DNA of 64,000 nucleotides from Diplonema japonicum (GCA_964019335.1 OZ025651.1:496001-560000), one strand, 5' to 3'. Positions 11,301-21,954 are shown, counted from the first letter of the stretch. Translations and numbers: made by a program. The notes: a model not told the origin generated them from the letters alone.

Positions 11301-11495
11301 AAAAGAAAAGAAAAGAAAAGAAAAGAAAAGAAAAGAAAAGAAAAGAAAAGAAAAGAAAAGAAAAGAAAAGAAAAGAAAAGAAAAGAAAAGAAAAGAAAAG
11401 AAAAGAAAAGAAAAGAAAAGAAAAGAAAAGAAAAGAAAAGAAAAGAAAAGAAAAGAAAAGAAAAGAAAAGAAAAGAAAAGAAAAGAAAAGAAAAG
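11301..11495. repeat. Perfect (AAAAG)39 pentanucleotide microsatellite
   Basis: Seen directly; reads (CTTTT)n on the coding strand. Confidence 0.97.
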
Positions 11496-11523
11496 AAAAA
11501 CAAAACGAAAAAATACCCCTCTT

Positions 11524-12612
11524 CTACAAATCGTGAACGCCTGTGGGGTACGACGATGAAGAAAGGATCGCGCACTCCCCGCAGTATTTAATGGGGGTTT
11601 TGTCACCGTTGCAGGCATCACCGTCCTGAGGGGTGTTGTCCATCCCGCAGGGCTCCTTACCCTCACCGTACCTTCTGATACGGATGTACCCAGACTCACC
11701 CCAGTTGGGTCCCCATGAGTTTCGCACTATCCAGTACATCTCGGAGCCGTCGGTCCCGTACCCTACAAGTTGGATACCGTGGTCCATGTCGTAACCGCAG
11801 TTCTTTGAGAAGACACCGCCTTCGTACAGCTGCCAGGGCTCAGCAGCAGCGGAGATAGCAATGGGGCCTACAGTGGCAAGAGCGGTGATAAGGGCAGTGT
11901 AGTTGTTCCTGCTAACCTCCACGTAGCCACCCACAGCAACAACAGGCTTGATTTTTGAAGGGATGCAAGCATGTGTGGTACCTGTACCGCTGACGTACGG
12001 GTAGTCAGACTCAAGGGTGATCCCAGTCTTCATGGTGTAGTTGAATGCAAGCGGCTGTGTGCTGCCGTCGCATCCACCGTTCCCACCGCAGTGTTCTGGG
12101 TTGGGCGAGCATGACACGATTTGCTGTTCGGAGAGAACCTGAAGCTTACCCCCTGCAATGGCGGCCATCGATTCAATGGTCTCTGTGGCGCTGAACGCCC
12201 AGCAGCTCCCGCAGCCGCCTTGGTTCTTAACACCAGTTACAACGTTCTTCGTCCTCCAGTCGAGCGATGCAGGTAGGTCCGACAGGGAGGACTGAAGATC
12301 GGACATGGAAACCATCTTTTTCTGGTTTTTAATAGCCTTCCCGCCGAGCCTCTTCGCCCTGAACTCCTCTGCAGTCCAGTCTGTGAACTCGTTCAGGCCC
12401 ATCTTGTAAGTGGCGGTGCCATCGTTGTTGTGCATCCTGATCTTCTTCAGGTTCGCGTTGAAGACAGCCTCCCTCTCAGCACTATGGCTCTTCTTGTACT
12501 CCGCCACGTACTCAGCGTACCCGTACGAAGGGTTCCTTGCCAGGTCCATCCACGTCGTTGTGATGTACCCCGAGCACAGGGGCAGCACCAAGCACATCAG
12601 CATGCTGCGCAT
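11524..12612 (-). CDS. Papain-family (C1A) cathepsin L-like cysteine protease with I29 prodomain
   Basis: Signal peptide, ERFNIN-like prodomain, GLNEFTDW, DWR, QGGCGSCWAFS, DHGIQLVGYG and YWIVRNSWG. Confidence 0.96.
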   Translation of the reverse strand: MRSMLMCLVLPLCSGYITTTWMDLARNPSYGYAEYVAEYKKSHSAEREAVFNANLKKIRMHNNDGTATYKMGLNEFTDWTAEEFRAKRLGGKAIKNQKKMVSMSDLQSSLSDLPASLDWRTKNVVTGVKNQGGCGSCWAFSATETIESMAAIAGGKLQVLSEQQIVSCSPNPEHCGGNGGCDGSTQPLAFNYTMKTGITLESDYPYVSGTGTTHACIPSKIKPVVAVGGYVEVSRNNYTALITALATVGPIAISAAAEPWQLYEGGVFSKNCGYDMDHGIQLVGYGTDGSEMYWIVRNSWGPNWGESGYIRIRRYGEGKEPCGMDNTPQDGDACNGDKTPIKYCGECAILSSSSYPTGVHDL

Positions 12613-12744
12613 GTTTCCTTTTTTTTTCCCTCCCTTCTCTTGAGATAACTGTCAGAAGAAAGAGACACAAAAGAAGGAAAAAAATGGATAGTACAGTACA
12701 ATAGTTTTTTTTTTTTTTTTTTTTTTTTTTATTTTTACGTGTTC

Positions 12745-13422
12745 TCAGACGAGTATCGCCTCGACAAGGATGGTGTTTGTGGAGTAGGCGAAGAGGAGGT
12801 CTGTGATGGGTTGGGTTTGGGTCCAGTCGAAGGGTGGCTTATGAGGCAATGGGGGATCGTTCGTGAAAGACCCAAGATCTTTAGGGTGCACGAGGGTTAG
12901 CTTCGGGCCTTTCACGCCGTTGGATATAAGTAGATCCCTAAGGTGACCAGACACGATTTTAGGGGCTACAATACCCGGAACTGAATAAGGTTTGGAAAAG
13001 TACATTGGGGGCCGTGTGTCGGGGTGGCGGGCAAGAATGTCTAAATCGCCAATAACATCTTTCAAGAGATCGGACGCGACATCGTAAGCCAAGCGTGACT
13101 GCTCCCTTGCTTCGGCTTCTTTCTTGTCCCGCTTTTCTTGTTCTTTCCGCAGGGCCTTGTCCCGTTTCTCCTTCTCCGCTTCGTCGTATAGATTCCACTG
13201 CGACGCCAGCCACGATACCATTCTCTGCCTTTTGTGTGTGTTCTGCTCGCAGTGTCCTGCCACGTCACGGTATTCCTTTTCCTTGTCCGCCTCCGCTCGT
13301 TCCTCATCCTCCACTTCTTTTCGTTTTATAAGCATTTCCTGCGAACGAAGCTTCAACCGCATCACGCTGGTCAGGTATTCCCCAGGAGTCTGCCCGTCGG
13401 TGTTGATCATAGGAACGGACAT
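12745..13422 (-). CDS. Hypothetical protein, 225 aa (charged coiled-coil N-half)
   Basis: ATG-initiated ORF, co-oriented, AAATAAATG start context. Confidence 0.7.
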   Translation of the reverse strand: MSVPMINTDGQTPGEYLTSVMRLKLRSQEMLIKRKEVEDEERAEADKEKEYRDVAGHCEQNTHKRQRMVSWLASQWNLYDEAEKEKRDKALRKEQEKRDKKEAEAREQSRLAYDVASDLLKDVIGDLDILARHPDTRPPMYFSKPYSVPGIVAPKIVSGHLRDLLISNGVKGPKLTLVHPKDLGSFTNDPPLPHKPPFDWTQTQPITDLLFAYSTNTILVEAILV

Positions 13423-13539
13423 TTATTTCCGTTACCGGTTCTCCTTTTACCTCCCCCCCCCTTGTTGTCGAAAGTTCTTGAGACTGAAGCGAGAGGGGGT
13501 TGGGAGTGGGTGGGGGATATAAAACTATTTCTGTCCCGC

Positions 13540-14291
13540 TCAAATTTGAAATGCTCCCGAGGTGTGGCCGAACCGTACTTCCTTCGGAATATACTCGTCG
13601 TTGTTCATTTGCACAACACAGAGCAAACGTTCCTTTGTAACAGGGTGGATCTTGAAATCAAATACATCGATGCCGCAGTTGCACGTTGGGAAGAAGACAC
13701 TCTCTCCGGCCCCCATCAGACACCGTTTCAAACGATCGTGGACAAGCCCGTGCGTCACAAAGAGTGCCGCACCGGTGTCGGTGTTAGCACCGTTGAACCT
13801 ATCTTCCACCATTTTCCAGATTTTTTCGCGGATGTCCGACACCCTCGCAACGCATTCTTCTTCAGTCTCCCTCCCGCCCCTCCACCAACCCCCTTCCTTT
13901 GTCACAGGAATCTCATCAAGGTTATCTAACGGTACGAGATCCCGTATATCTTCCTTTATAAGTCCGTGAACCGGTGTTGATGCTGCAGGGTCTGCCGTCC
14001 TTGACCCGCTGAAGATACCCCCTTCTTCGTGTAAAGTGTTCCACCCAATGTTTTGCAGGCCGTTTAGTTTCATCCCTTGGACTGTCATCAGGGCCCGTTT
14101 CATGAGGCTGCAGTGCAGCGAGGTAACCTTTTTCCAAGGGTTGACCTCGTCTGATGAGTTCAGAGCTTTGAAATACTTCCCCGCGGCCTCCGCCTGTCGG
14201 AACCCATTATCGGTGATACCGGGGTCGGCCTGTCTCCCTTCAGCGGCGGCCTCCCCTGATCTCACATCATTTCGCAAGCTCACATTGTTCG

Positions 14292-14346
<55 letters not shown>

Positions 14347-14456
14347 CGATATAATTTTCATACTGTGGAATGCCTTACAAAGTAAATCCTGAACGGCGGG
14401 ACCTTTCTCAACTCCTTGTTGGTAGGTGACAGCGTTGATGCCCCTTCAGAACTCAT
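13540..14456 (-). CDS. Histidine phosphatase / phosphoglycerate mutase family; 2 exons (intron 14296-14363)
   Basis: Exon 1 (31 codons) ends RIYFVRHST and splices via GTATGA...AAAAG to SANN. Downstream motifs CSLMKRALMT, LHE, GGRETEEEC..R, LFVTHG and NCG. Confidence 0.85.
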
Positions 14457-14610
14457 TTTTTCTCTTTTCTTTCCCCCCTCCTTCTTTCTTTTTTTCTTAT
14501 TATTTGATCAGTGAGATAAAAAAAGGGGGGGAGGAAAGGAGAGAAAAAAAAAGAAATTGTGGAAACACCTTTCTTCTTCTTCTTCTTCTTTTTTTTTAAT
14601 TTTTTTTTTT

Positions 14611-15624
14611 TTACCTTTTTACCAAACACGATGCAACGATGCAGATCGCGGTGACGACGGGGACGAAAGGCACGCTGACGGGCTTCTTGCGTATTGTGAC
14701 GCGTAACGGTTTAGCAGTGTCGCGCTTTATCAGCTTTCGAGGGGTTCGAGGACACGGGTCCTTTTGTTGCATAACAGCCTCGATCGCCCATGCCAAGCTA
14801 GCCTCGTCCGTCTCCCAGTGTATCTTGTGCTTGAGAAGTTTCCGGAGCTCCTCTGGTTTCGACGGGACGTCGGTCACCATCAGCGCACGGCTCATCACAG
14901 CCCTCGAGCTGCGCAAGGAAATTCCCCCACCCCCACCCCCACCCGAAATATTCTTCCCAGCAGTGTTTGGGGGTTGGGGCACATGCTTCACAACACGGTA
15001 GTGCTTGCTCAACAGCTCACCCACCACCGATGAAAGAAGGGACCCTTCCGCGGGGCAGGTTAGGTTTGTGAGAATCAAAGAAGCCCAGATAGAATAGATC
15101 TCGATGAACAGGTGCATGTGAACAACTAGTTTTGAAGACGCCCATGTTACAGGCGGCGTGAATGCTGCTATCGGCATGGTTCGGACAAAGGAAGATGTGA
15201 GGTGTGCAAAGTGTTTTGCGTCATCCAAGGATATCCTTTGTATCTCGTGTAAGGGTGTTTTGAACCGGCCGATGAAGAAGGAGTCGTAGAAAATTTTGAA
15301 GATTTTCGACAAGCTTGCCACGGTGAAAGAGCCGCCTTCTTTTTCTTTTGTCCACCTGTAGATTCCTTCTGCGGAGTTAGATATCCAAATTGGGGTTGCC
15401 TCTGCGCTTTGTGCGCCCACAGCGAGTTTTCTTACCCGTTTCACCTCACTGCCGTGCCCGTAGGCCGCCTTGGCTAGTACACACCGGCTTGTGTGGAACC
15501 TTTCAAAAAAATGTGACCCCCATCCGCTTTCCCATTGCACTTTTTCCTCAATGGCTTCCCGGTACCCGGGATCCTTCAGCAAGCGATACCACGTTACTTG
15601 CTTCGCGGCTTCAAACGTGTCCAT
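14611..15624 (-). CDS. Hypothetical protein with C-terminal hydrophobic tail anchor
   Basis: ORF from MDTFEAAK (ATG 15624); ends VPFVPVVTAICIVASCLVKR. Confidence 0.7.
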   Translation of the reverse strand: MDTFEAAKQVTWYRLLKDPGYREAIEEKVQWESGWGSHFFERFHTSRCVLAKAAYGHGSEVKRVRKLAVGAQSAEATPIWISNSAEGIYRWTKEKEGGSFTVASLSKIFKIFYDSFFIGRFKTPLHEIQRISLDDAKHFAHLTSSFVRTMPIAAFTPPVTWASSKLVVHMHLFIEIYSIWASLILTNLTCPAEGSLLSSVVGELLSKHYRVVKHVPQPPNTAGKNISGGGGGGGISLRSSRAVMSRALMVTDVPSKPEELRKLLKHKIHWETDEASLAWAIEAVMQQKDPCPRTPRKLIKRDTAKPLRVTIRKKPVSVPFVPVVTAICIVASCLVKR

Positions 15625-15789
15625 TGGGAGGGGGAGGGGAGATCTAAGAAAAAAAAAACAAGCCTCCCCCGCCCCTGTTTTCGTTTTGGCAAACAATAGG
15701 GGGGAAATGGGGTGGGAAAGAAAAAGAATTAAAAAAAAAAAAACTCAAAGAGGGGGGTACACTTCTTTCTCTCATCCCCCCCTCTCCCT

Positions 15790-16948
15790 TCATTTTCCGT
15801 CCCCCGCAGTTGGTGTTGCCAACCGGACAAAATCGGGTCCTTTGTAAGCCGTTGCTACGGCTCTCAGCAGTTCCTTCCGTTCGGAGGCGTCTTTTGACTG
15901 GGAAATAGAATTTTACAGGGTTTTCTTTTTTTTTTATTTTTTATAAATACCTCCATGTCATATAATTGGATTAGGTTCTGAAATGTTGCCTCAGTGAGGC
16001 TTTCTGGATTGGCACGAATCGCAGACTCTATTATCTTCACCCCGTCAGGGAGCTGCTCACTATACACGGCACAAACAGCCTGTTGATTTATTCTTTTTTC
16101 TTCCTCCCTTTCCTTTCCACCCATTGTACCTTATTGTTCATGTCGATGCAGTCGTTGGACGTGTAGCACGACTCAGCAATGTCGTACTTCCCATTGCAGA
16201 TGGCGAGGAGGCCTTTGAGGGTGTTGATGGTGGCTTGCTTTTGAGAAGTTGGAGGGAGCTGGCATATCGTTTCATAAACCCCTCTTGCTGCATCGATGTG
16301 TCCCGTTTGCATGAGCAAGCAACAGTAATGGTGGTGGATAGCAATATCGGTAGGGTATTCCTCACAGATGTCTGCCATTGCCTTCAGGGCACAGCCGGTT
16401 TGGTTCAATTTATTGTGTGAAGAGACGATTTTCAACACGACAGCTCTTCGCCTGCTGCCGGTGAGGCCGGGTTCGCCTTCTGGTAGGCTGTGGAATAACT
16501 TGTAGAGTTGTTGCTGGGATTTCAAATCGCCGCCATGGGGTTCGGGTGCGTCAGCGACAAGGTCAGCTTTTAAAAGCCGGAGTGAAAACGGGATGTCACA
16601 ACCGTCGAGCTGCTGCAGGACTTCCCATGTTTGTCTCCTTTCTCCGAGTTTCACCATTGCCATGACGTGTATATGGGTCCTCCTTACTTTTTCGTCGTTT
16701 CCGCATCTTTCTACATTCCTCCAGCCCGCGCCTCGTGTCAGTTTTAGTATTTCGCTCCATGCGCCTATCCTCGCCAAGCTCTCCGCCCCTTTGCTGTCTG
16801 CGTCGACGTCGGAAGCCGTCAGACGTTCTTTCCCTGCCGGTGGTTGCATTCCCTGCACATCAAAATACTGTTTTATCTTCTCTTCTGTGGTTGTTTCTTT
16901 CGGCTTCACTTGAGACGCTTGGGTTGCCTGCTCCATATTCTGCGCCAT
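15790..16948 (-). CDS. TRAPPC12: TPR protein, TRAPP complex subunit 12-like; 3 exons (introns 16080-16129, 15898-15950)
   Basis: IPFSLRLLKA and TPR helices. The spliced C-terminus MNNK|AVCAVYS...FQNLIQLYDME|SKDASERKELL resembles the TRAPPC12 C-terminal pattern. Both introns are GT-AG, phase 0. Confidence 0.75.
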
Positions 16949-17375
16949 TCTTTTTTTTTTGCCCCCCCTTTTTTTTTGTTTGTGTATTTATATACGGTCA
17001 GATTTCCAGGAAAAAAAAAGAAATCGGTAAAAGGCAGTATCTGGGAAAAATGCGAAACCGTGAAATCGCATGGAGGCGCCAAATGACTACAATTACAACC
17101 AAATGTGATTTTGTAGCTTCTCCCCCCTCCCCCCCCCCACATTTTTTTTTCAAAAGGCCGTTTTCTTTTTCTTTCTTTTTTTCTGAGAGAGAATGCAAGA
17201 AAATATTAAAAAAAAAAAAAAAAAAAGCGGTCACAAAAAAAAAGAAGAAAAAAAAAAAGAAAGAAACAAGGCAGACAAGGCATACGGTGGGGGAAGAAAC
17301 TTAATAAAGAAAGGTCTGTGTTTCTTCCACGAAGAGAGCTCAGCGGGGGGTGGGGGGTTAATATAATCATAGATT

Positions 17376-17591
17376 TTAAAAGATTTCATCGGAGTCCTCA
17401 TCATAGGTGCTTGGGATCAAATAATCCTCTTCGTCCTCTTCCTTCTGTATCTCGTCGAGCCGCGCTTTTCTCTTCCGCAAGTAGATTAGCATCCACATCC
17501 CTCCAATTAGGACGACCAACAGCAAGCCAAGACCAAATAAGACCCGCATCACACACCAAGAAGGTGCCCGATCGGAGCTGCATACTATCAT
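17376..17591 (-). CDS. Small single-pass membrane protein, ~71 aa
   Basis: TM segment VLFGLGLLLVVLIGGMWMLIYL followed by RKRK stop-transfer and an acidic tail; start uncertain. Confidence 0.6.
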   Translation of the reverse strand: MIVCSSDRAPSWCVMRVLFGLGLLLVVLIGGMWMLIYLRKRKARLDEIQKEEDEEDYLIPSTYDEDSDEIF

Positions 17592-18011
17592 TTCATCGAC
17601 TCAGTAGAACGTAAGTGTTGTGCTGTTGGTATTTAAGAGAAGAAAAAATTTAAAAAAAAATAAAGATAAAAACAAACAGATGGGGGACAGGATGGGGGGG
17701 GGGGGGGGGGGGGGGCACTCCTCCATCGAAGAGGTATGCTTCAAGGAGGAAAAAAGAAAGGAAAAAAAAGGGTACCACACGTATGAGAATGAAAAAGAAA
17801 ACAAGGTAACCTTGTCCCCCACGTTGCTGCGAGAGAATTTTCTTTTTTTTTTGTAACGATTTTGTTTTTTCAAGTCTTTTTTTTTTTTTTTTTTTTTTTC
17901 CCTTTTCTTTTTTTAGTTGTTATCACAGGAGAAGGAAAAAAAAAAAAAGAATGAATAAAAAAAAAACTCACCCCTTATACACCCATCTGTGCAATAGGTC
18001 ATGAAGGGGAG

Positions 18012-18161
18012 ATTTCATTATTTTTTTTTAAATTGTTCTTTTTAGATTTTCACTCATTCACTCTTGCCCCCACGTGAAGAAAAATTTTAAAGTGCCGTGA
18101 AATAAAAACCACTTACCCAAGGATGTCGCTAACTCGCGGCATTGCCTGTTAGCCAGCAAAT
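18012..18161. mobile_element. Helentron/DINE-like element, short copy C
   Basis: CGTGAAGAAAAATTTTAAAGTGCCGTGAAATAAAAACCACTTACC matches the 3' block at ~27895-27939. Followed by hairpin ATGTCGC/GCGGCAT and TGTTAGCCAGCAAAT. 5' boundary approximate. Confidence 0.5.
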
Positions 18162-18261
18162 TTCTTTCTTTCTCTTTTTATTTTTTTATTTTCAGAATGG
18201 AGGAGAGAAGAAAGAAAGGAGAGGAAGCAGAGATGAACGCTCGAAAGAAAGAGGTGAGGAA

Positions 18262-18307
<46 letters not shown>

Positions 18308-18346
18308 AAAAGGAAAGATAAATTAGGGAAGGATCTTCCCCATCAT

Positions 18347-20005
18347 CTACGACCTCCCGTGCCTCCATGAGAAGCCCTTGGGGTAGGCCCACGCACCGTC
18401 ACTGTTGCCGTCCTCCCTGACGTCTTCCCAAATAGTAGTGTTGTCGTTGCCTTTCACGAACTTCATGAGCCCAGCAAGCTTCTCCCTCCAAGCATCGTCA
18501 CCGTGCTTCTCACGGAACTCCGCAATGAGCTCGTGGGTGGGCCTGTCGGTGCCGTCGTCAAGACCAAGGAGCGGCCTCCAGTGGTCGTGGCTGTTGCACA
18601 GGTCCCTGCTGCACGTGGTCGGCTTCTCCTTTGGCGCCTCCTTGGGGTCAAAGGGTCCATGCCTGTCCTGCACGATCCACGTGTCGTCGATGACCCTCCC
18701 GTAGTCGGAACCAGGGAACTGCGTGGGGTCTGTCTGCACCTGCTGCCAGTGGATGTGGCTCGAGTTGTACACAAACATTCTCGTGTACGAGAAGGAGTCC
18801 GACCTGAAGGCAGACCAGCTGGGCTGGGGGTATGTGAAAGGCTCGTGCATTTCGTGGCTGCCTGCAGCACCGGTCACCACATAGATGGTGGCCCTGGGGT
18901 TGACATTCGACTGGTCGCTCTTGTTCTGGTAGGTGGGCCACATCCTCTCGTAGTTGTGCTCGTGCCCGTTGATGAAGAAGTCCACACCGTAGTCGAACAG
19001 AATGGGCTCCATCGTGGCACGCACTTTGTACGCGTCGGCGTGGCAGTCTCCGTCGCACGAGCAGTAGATGGACCTGTGCCCGTGCACCACCACCCACGGC
19101 ACGTTGTGCCTGTTCGCGTTGGCTTTTGTCAAGTCGTCCTTCACCCACGCCACGAAAGAGGCGATAGTTGTGTTGCCGTCGGTGACCCCGAACCACAGCT
19201 CGGTGGACATGGCGATGTAGTGCACGAGGCCGTGGTCCCAAGAGAAGTACATGCTGTTGGTGGTGGCGCCGTTCTTGGTGGTGAAGGTGGGAGGGATTGC
19301 GTTGGAGGGCATCAGCCTAAAGCGCTCCATGTAGTGCGCGAGGTTCCCCTCACTGTCCTCGTGGTTCCCGTGGGACACCATGTACGGGACGTAGGCAGCA
19401 ACCTGCTCAATGTTCCTGAAGAAGAAGTCACCGATAGTACCGTCGCCACTTGCGAGGTCGTAGCCGAAGTCACCAACGTGGAGGAACATGTCGGCATCAG
19501 TCTCAGAGACAAGGCCCACAGAAGTGTTGTGCCTGCAGTCTTCTTTGTCGCAGTTCCAAGAGAGATGGGTGCATGCCTTGCAGAGGGTGAAGGCACACGA
19601 TGAGCCCATGTCACCGAAGAGGACGTGTTTGAAGGGTTCCCCGTTGCCCGTGGGCCCCCTGTTCCTTCTGTTCGTGATGTGAAACACCTCAGAGAACCCA
19701 GCGAGATCATCGCCTACCTTGTAGAAGTACTGAGTGTTGGTAGCAAGGCCAGTCATGGTTGCCACGTGTGTGTACCATTCACGTCCAAAGTCCACATGGA
19801 ACCTCCTTGAGTCAGCGTGCTGGGTCATGTTGAGGCTGTCCTTGCTCAGCCCGTACTTGATCACCTGCCTGTCGTTCAAGTCGGGTGTGTTCCATTCCAC
19901 CACAAGCTCGTTCACAGTCTTCCCGAGGGATGCATGGACTTGGTCGGCCTTTCCCGCTACACACCCTGCACCCACCAGCAGCAGCATGCACTGCAGCTTC
20001 AGCAT
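18347..20005 (-). CDS. Purple acid phosphatase (ACP7-like metallophosphoesterase), secreted
   Basis: Signal peptide (ATG 20005), FN3-like N-domain, metal-binding motifs GDMG, GDFGY, GNHE, VHGH and GHEHNYER. Confidence 0.95.
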   Translation of the reverse strand: MLKLQCMLLLVGAGCVAGKADQVHASLGKTVNELVVEWNTPDLNDRQVIKYGLSKDSLNMTQHADSRRFHVDFGREWYTHVATMTGLATNTQYFYKVGDDLAGFSEVFHITNRRNRGPTGNGEPFKHVLFGDMGSSCAFTLCKACTHLSWNCDKEDCRHNTSVGLVSETDADMFLHVGDFGYDLASGDGTIGDFFFRNIEQVAAYVPYMVSHGNHEDSEGNLAHYMERFRLMPSNAIPPTFTTKNGATTNSMYFSWDHGLVHYIAMSTELWFGVTDGNTTIASFVAWVKDDLTKANANRHNVPWVVVHGHRSIYCSCDGDCHADAYKVRATMEPILFDYGVDFFINGHEHNYERMWPTYQNKSDQSNVNPRATIYVVTGAAGSHEMHEPFTYPQPSWSAFRSDSFSYTRMFVYNSSHIHWQQVQTDPTQFPGSDYGRVIDDTWIVQDRHGPFDPKEAPKEKPTTCSRDLCNSHDHWRPLLGLDDGTDRPTHELIAEFREKHGDDAWREKLAGLMKFVKGNDNTTIWEDVREDGNSDGAWAYPKGFSWRHGRS

Positions 20006-20207
20006 TGTTACTAGTGTTATCGAGCTCCCCTTTGCGTCGATTAGAGTTGAGAGTGTCTTGGAGTTGAAAAGTGAATAAAAAGTGCACACTATTCAAAAGA
20101 TCTATAACGGGGGGAACAGGGGGAAGAAAAGAGAAAAAAAAAAATATCAAGATATGATCGGATGTCCGGAATAGAAAGGGGGGGACACATATATCGTGTT
20201 TTCAACT

Positions 20208-21083
20208 CTATTTCCTCTTCAGTTTCTTTTTCCCCGCATGCCCCTGTGCCGCTTTCTGCTGCATCATCTCGGCTTCCTCCCGCAGCGCCTCTTGCTTCCT
20301 GATGTTCCTCTGTGTCAACACTTTGTAGATTTTCGCGAAGACAGAACAGTTCGCGAAGCACAAAGGGAAGATGAGTACCGGGAGGAGAAGCCGGTACCAC
20401 CTCTCGGCCCAAGGAGGGAGGTCGTGACCAGAGGGGAGGGCATGGGTGAAGTAGAGGTTAGTGTCGTGATACATATTATAGATCACAGCAGGGGTGGTAG
20501 AGAGGAGGATGAAGTTGAGGGTCTGCCACGAGGCACGGAACACGGATTTTCGCATGTAGGTGAGCTGGTTGGCAAAGAAGAACTTCATTGGTGCCACAAA
20601 TAGTACGATATGCTGGACATGCATTGCAAGCGTGGAATGCGCAGGGAACACCACACCCACAGCCCCACTTAGGATCGAAAACCACAGGCAGTGGCTCATT
20701 ACTAGATCCATTATCCACTCAGAAATTCCCATTCTAGGTAGAACTACGCCAAGTGCGAGTAATACTCCTAGAACTGCACTTGGGTGCACCCCTAGCCCCC
20801 ACCACGCCACCGCTACACACGCGAACCCACTTACCTCTGCCACCATCTCTTCCCATCCTTGCAGCCTGTGCCATGTCCCTACCCGTACTGTCTCGTCCTC
20901 TTTCTTCTTCTCCTGCAAATTGCTCATAAGTATACACAAGGCTGCGAGCTGTAACGGCGTAAGGTTTTTAAATAAAAGAAACAAGAAGAAAAAAAAAAAA
21001 AAAAACCAACATACCACGCTCCAATCTGTCACGACTTCACCGTGCTTCTCCCAAAACTGCGCTTCCATGGTTAACGGCATCAT
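20208..21083 (-). CDS. Multi-pass membrane protein, possibly TMEM164-like; 66-nt in-frame intron 20949-21014
   Basis: Several TM segments and VFP...HVQHIVLFVAP. The poly-F stretch corresponds to a GTATGT...ACAG intron. Confidence 0.65.
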   Translation of the reverse strand: MMPLTMEAQFWEKHGEVVTDWSVVCWFFFFFFFLFLLFKNLTPLQLAALCILMSNLQEKKKEDETVRVGTWHRLQGWEEMVAEVSGFACVAVAWWGLGVHPSAVLGVLLALGVVLPRMGISEWIMDLVMSHCLWFSILSGAVGVVFPAHSTLAMHVQHIVLFVAPMKFFFANQLTYMRKSVFRASWQTLNFILLSTTPAVIYNMYHDTNLYFTHALPSGHDLPPWAERWYRLLLPVLIFPLCFANCSVFAKIYKVLTQRNIRKQEALREEAEMMQQKAAQGHAGKKKLKRK

Positions 21084-21245
21084 TTTTTTTTATACCTCTT
21101 TTTCTTATTGTTATTTTCCCCCCTCAAGATAAAAAAAAAAAAAAAAAAAACAAGAACGTAACTAAGAAGGGGCCCAGAGAAAAGCACACTTTGTTTCCTT
21201 TTTTTTTTTTTTTTTTTTTTTTTTTGGCCCCATACGAAAGTACAG

Positions 21246-21954
21246 AAGTTTTGAGCAGATTCCCCCCCCCCCCCCCCCCCTCTTGTTTCAGACGCTCTTC
21301 AAGTGGATGTCGGTAGGGGTGATAACTGCGTCGAGTAGCACATCGTAGTCAGAAGTGGGGATGGAACCGACAAGCTGAGGGGCGAGGGAGAGGCCAATCG
21401 CTGTGGGAGGCGGGAGGCTGTTCGTTGCATTGTGAGCAGTCAACCGGGAGAGAAAAGAGTCGTAGTACCCTCGCCCATGGCCAAGGCGGTGACCTTCTCT
21501 TGTGAAGGCAACACCAGGACAGAACACAACATCGATCGCTGATGAGGGCAGCATACAAGGTCTGGCCAAAGCCTCCTTCACAGGTAGCTCCTTGATACCC
21601 CACTTATTCAGAGGCCAGCTCTCGATTTCTTTGTAATCCTTCACCTCCACCATCTTCATATCACAGTGGCGCTTACCTGTGACGCATGGTACAAAGACCC
21701 TCTTTCCCCTGCTGAACAAGCCTGTGATGATGGCTGTTGTCACAACTTCGCAGCCCATGTTCACATAGATGCTGAAACCTTTTGCCTGGTGCACCTCTGG
21801 CATAGTGAACAGCCTGCTTACAACTGCCTCAGAATGCTTCAAAATCTCCTCCTCGGGCATCGCTTTCAAAGCTTTTTGAACTGCAGAACGGAGCGCCTTC
21901 TTCTCGCCTGCAACAGGGTCAGACATTTGGTTAAGTTTTGAGCAGATTCCCCCC
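21246..21954. repeat. Perfect 22-bp direct repeat (21246-21267 and 21933-21954) flanking MTHFS
   Basis: AAGTTTTGAGCAGATTCCCCCC occurs at both positions. Confidence 0.9.
21288..21926 (-). CDS. MTHFS: 5-formyltetrahydrofolate cyclo-ligase
   Basis: KKALR, GKRVFVP, NKWGIKE, IDVVFCPGVAF..GHRLGHGRGYYD and IP...DV.LD; ATG 21926. Confidence 0.95.
   Translation of the reverse strand: MSDPVAGEKKALRSAVQKALKAMPEEEILKHSEAVVSRLFTMPEVHQAKGFSIYVNMGCEVVTTAIITGLFSRGKRVFVPCVTGKRHCDMKMVEVKDYKEIESWPLNKWGIKELPVKEALARPCMLPSSAIDVVFCPGVAFTREGHRLGHGRGYYDSFLSRLTAHNATNSLPPPTAIGLSLAPQLVGSIPTSDYDVLLDAVITPTDIHLKSV

Noticed and set aside
11194-11699. KEKKR- and FFSFL-repeat ORFs
   Set aside because: Translations of the (AAAAG)n microsatellite.
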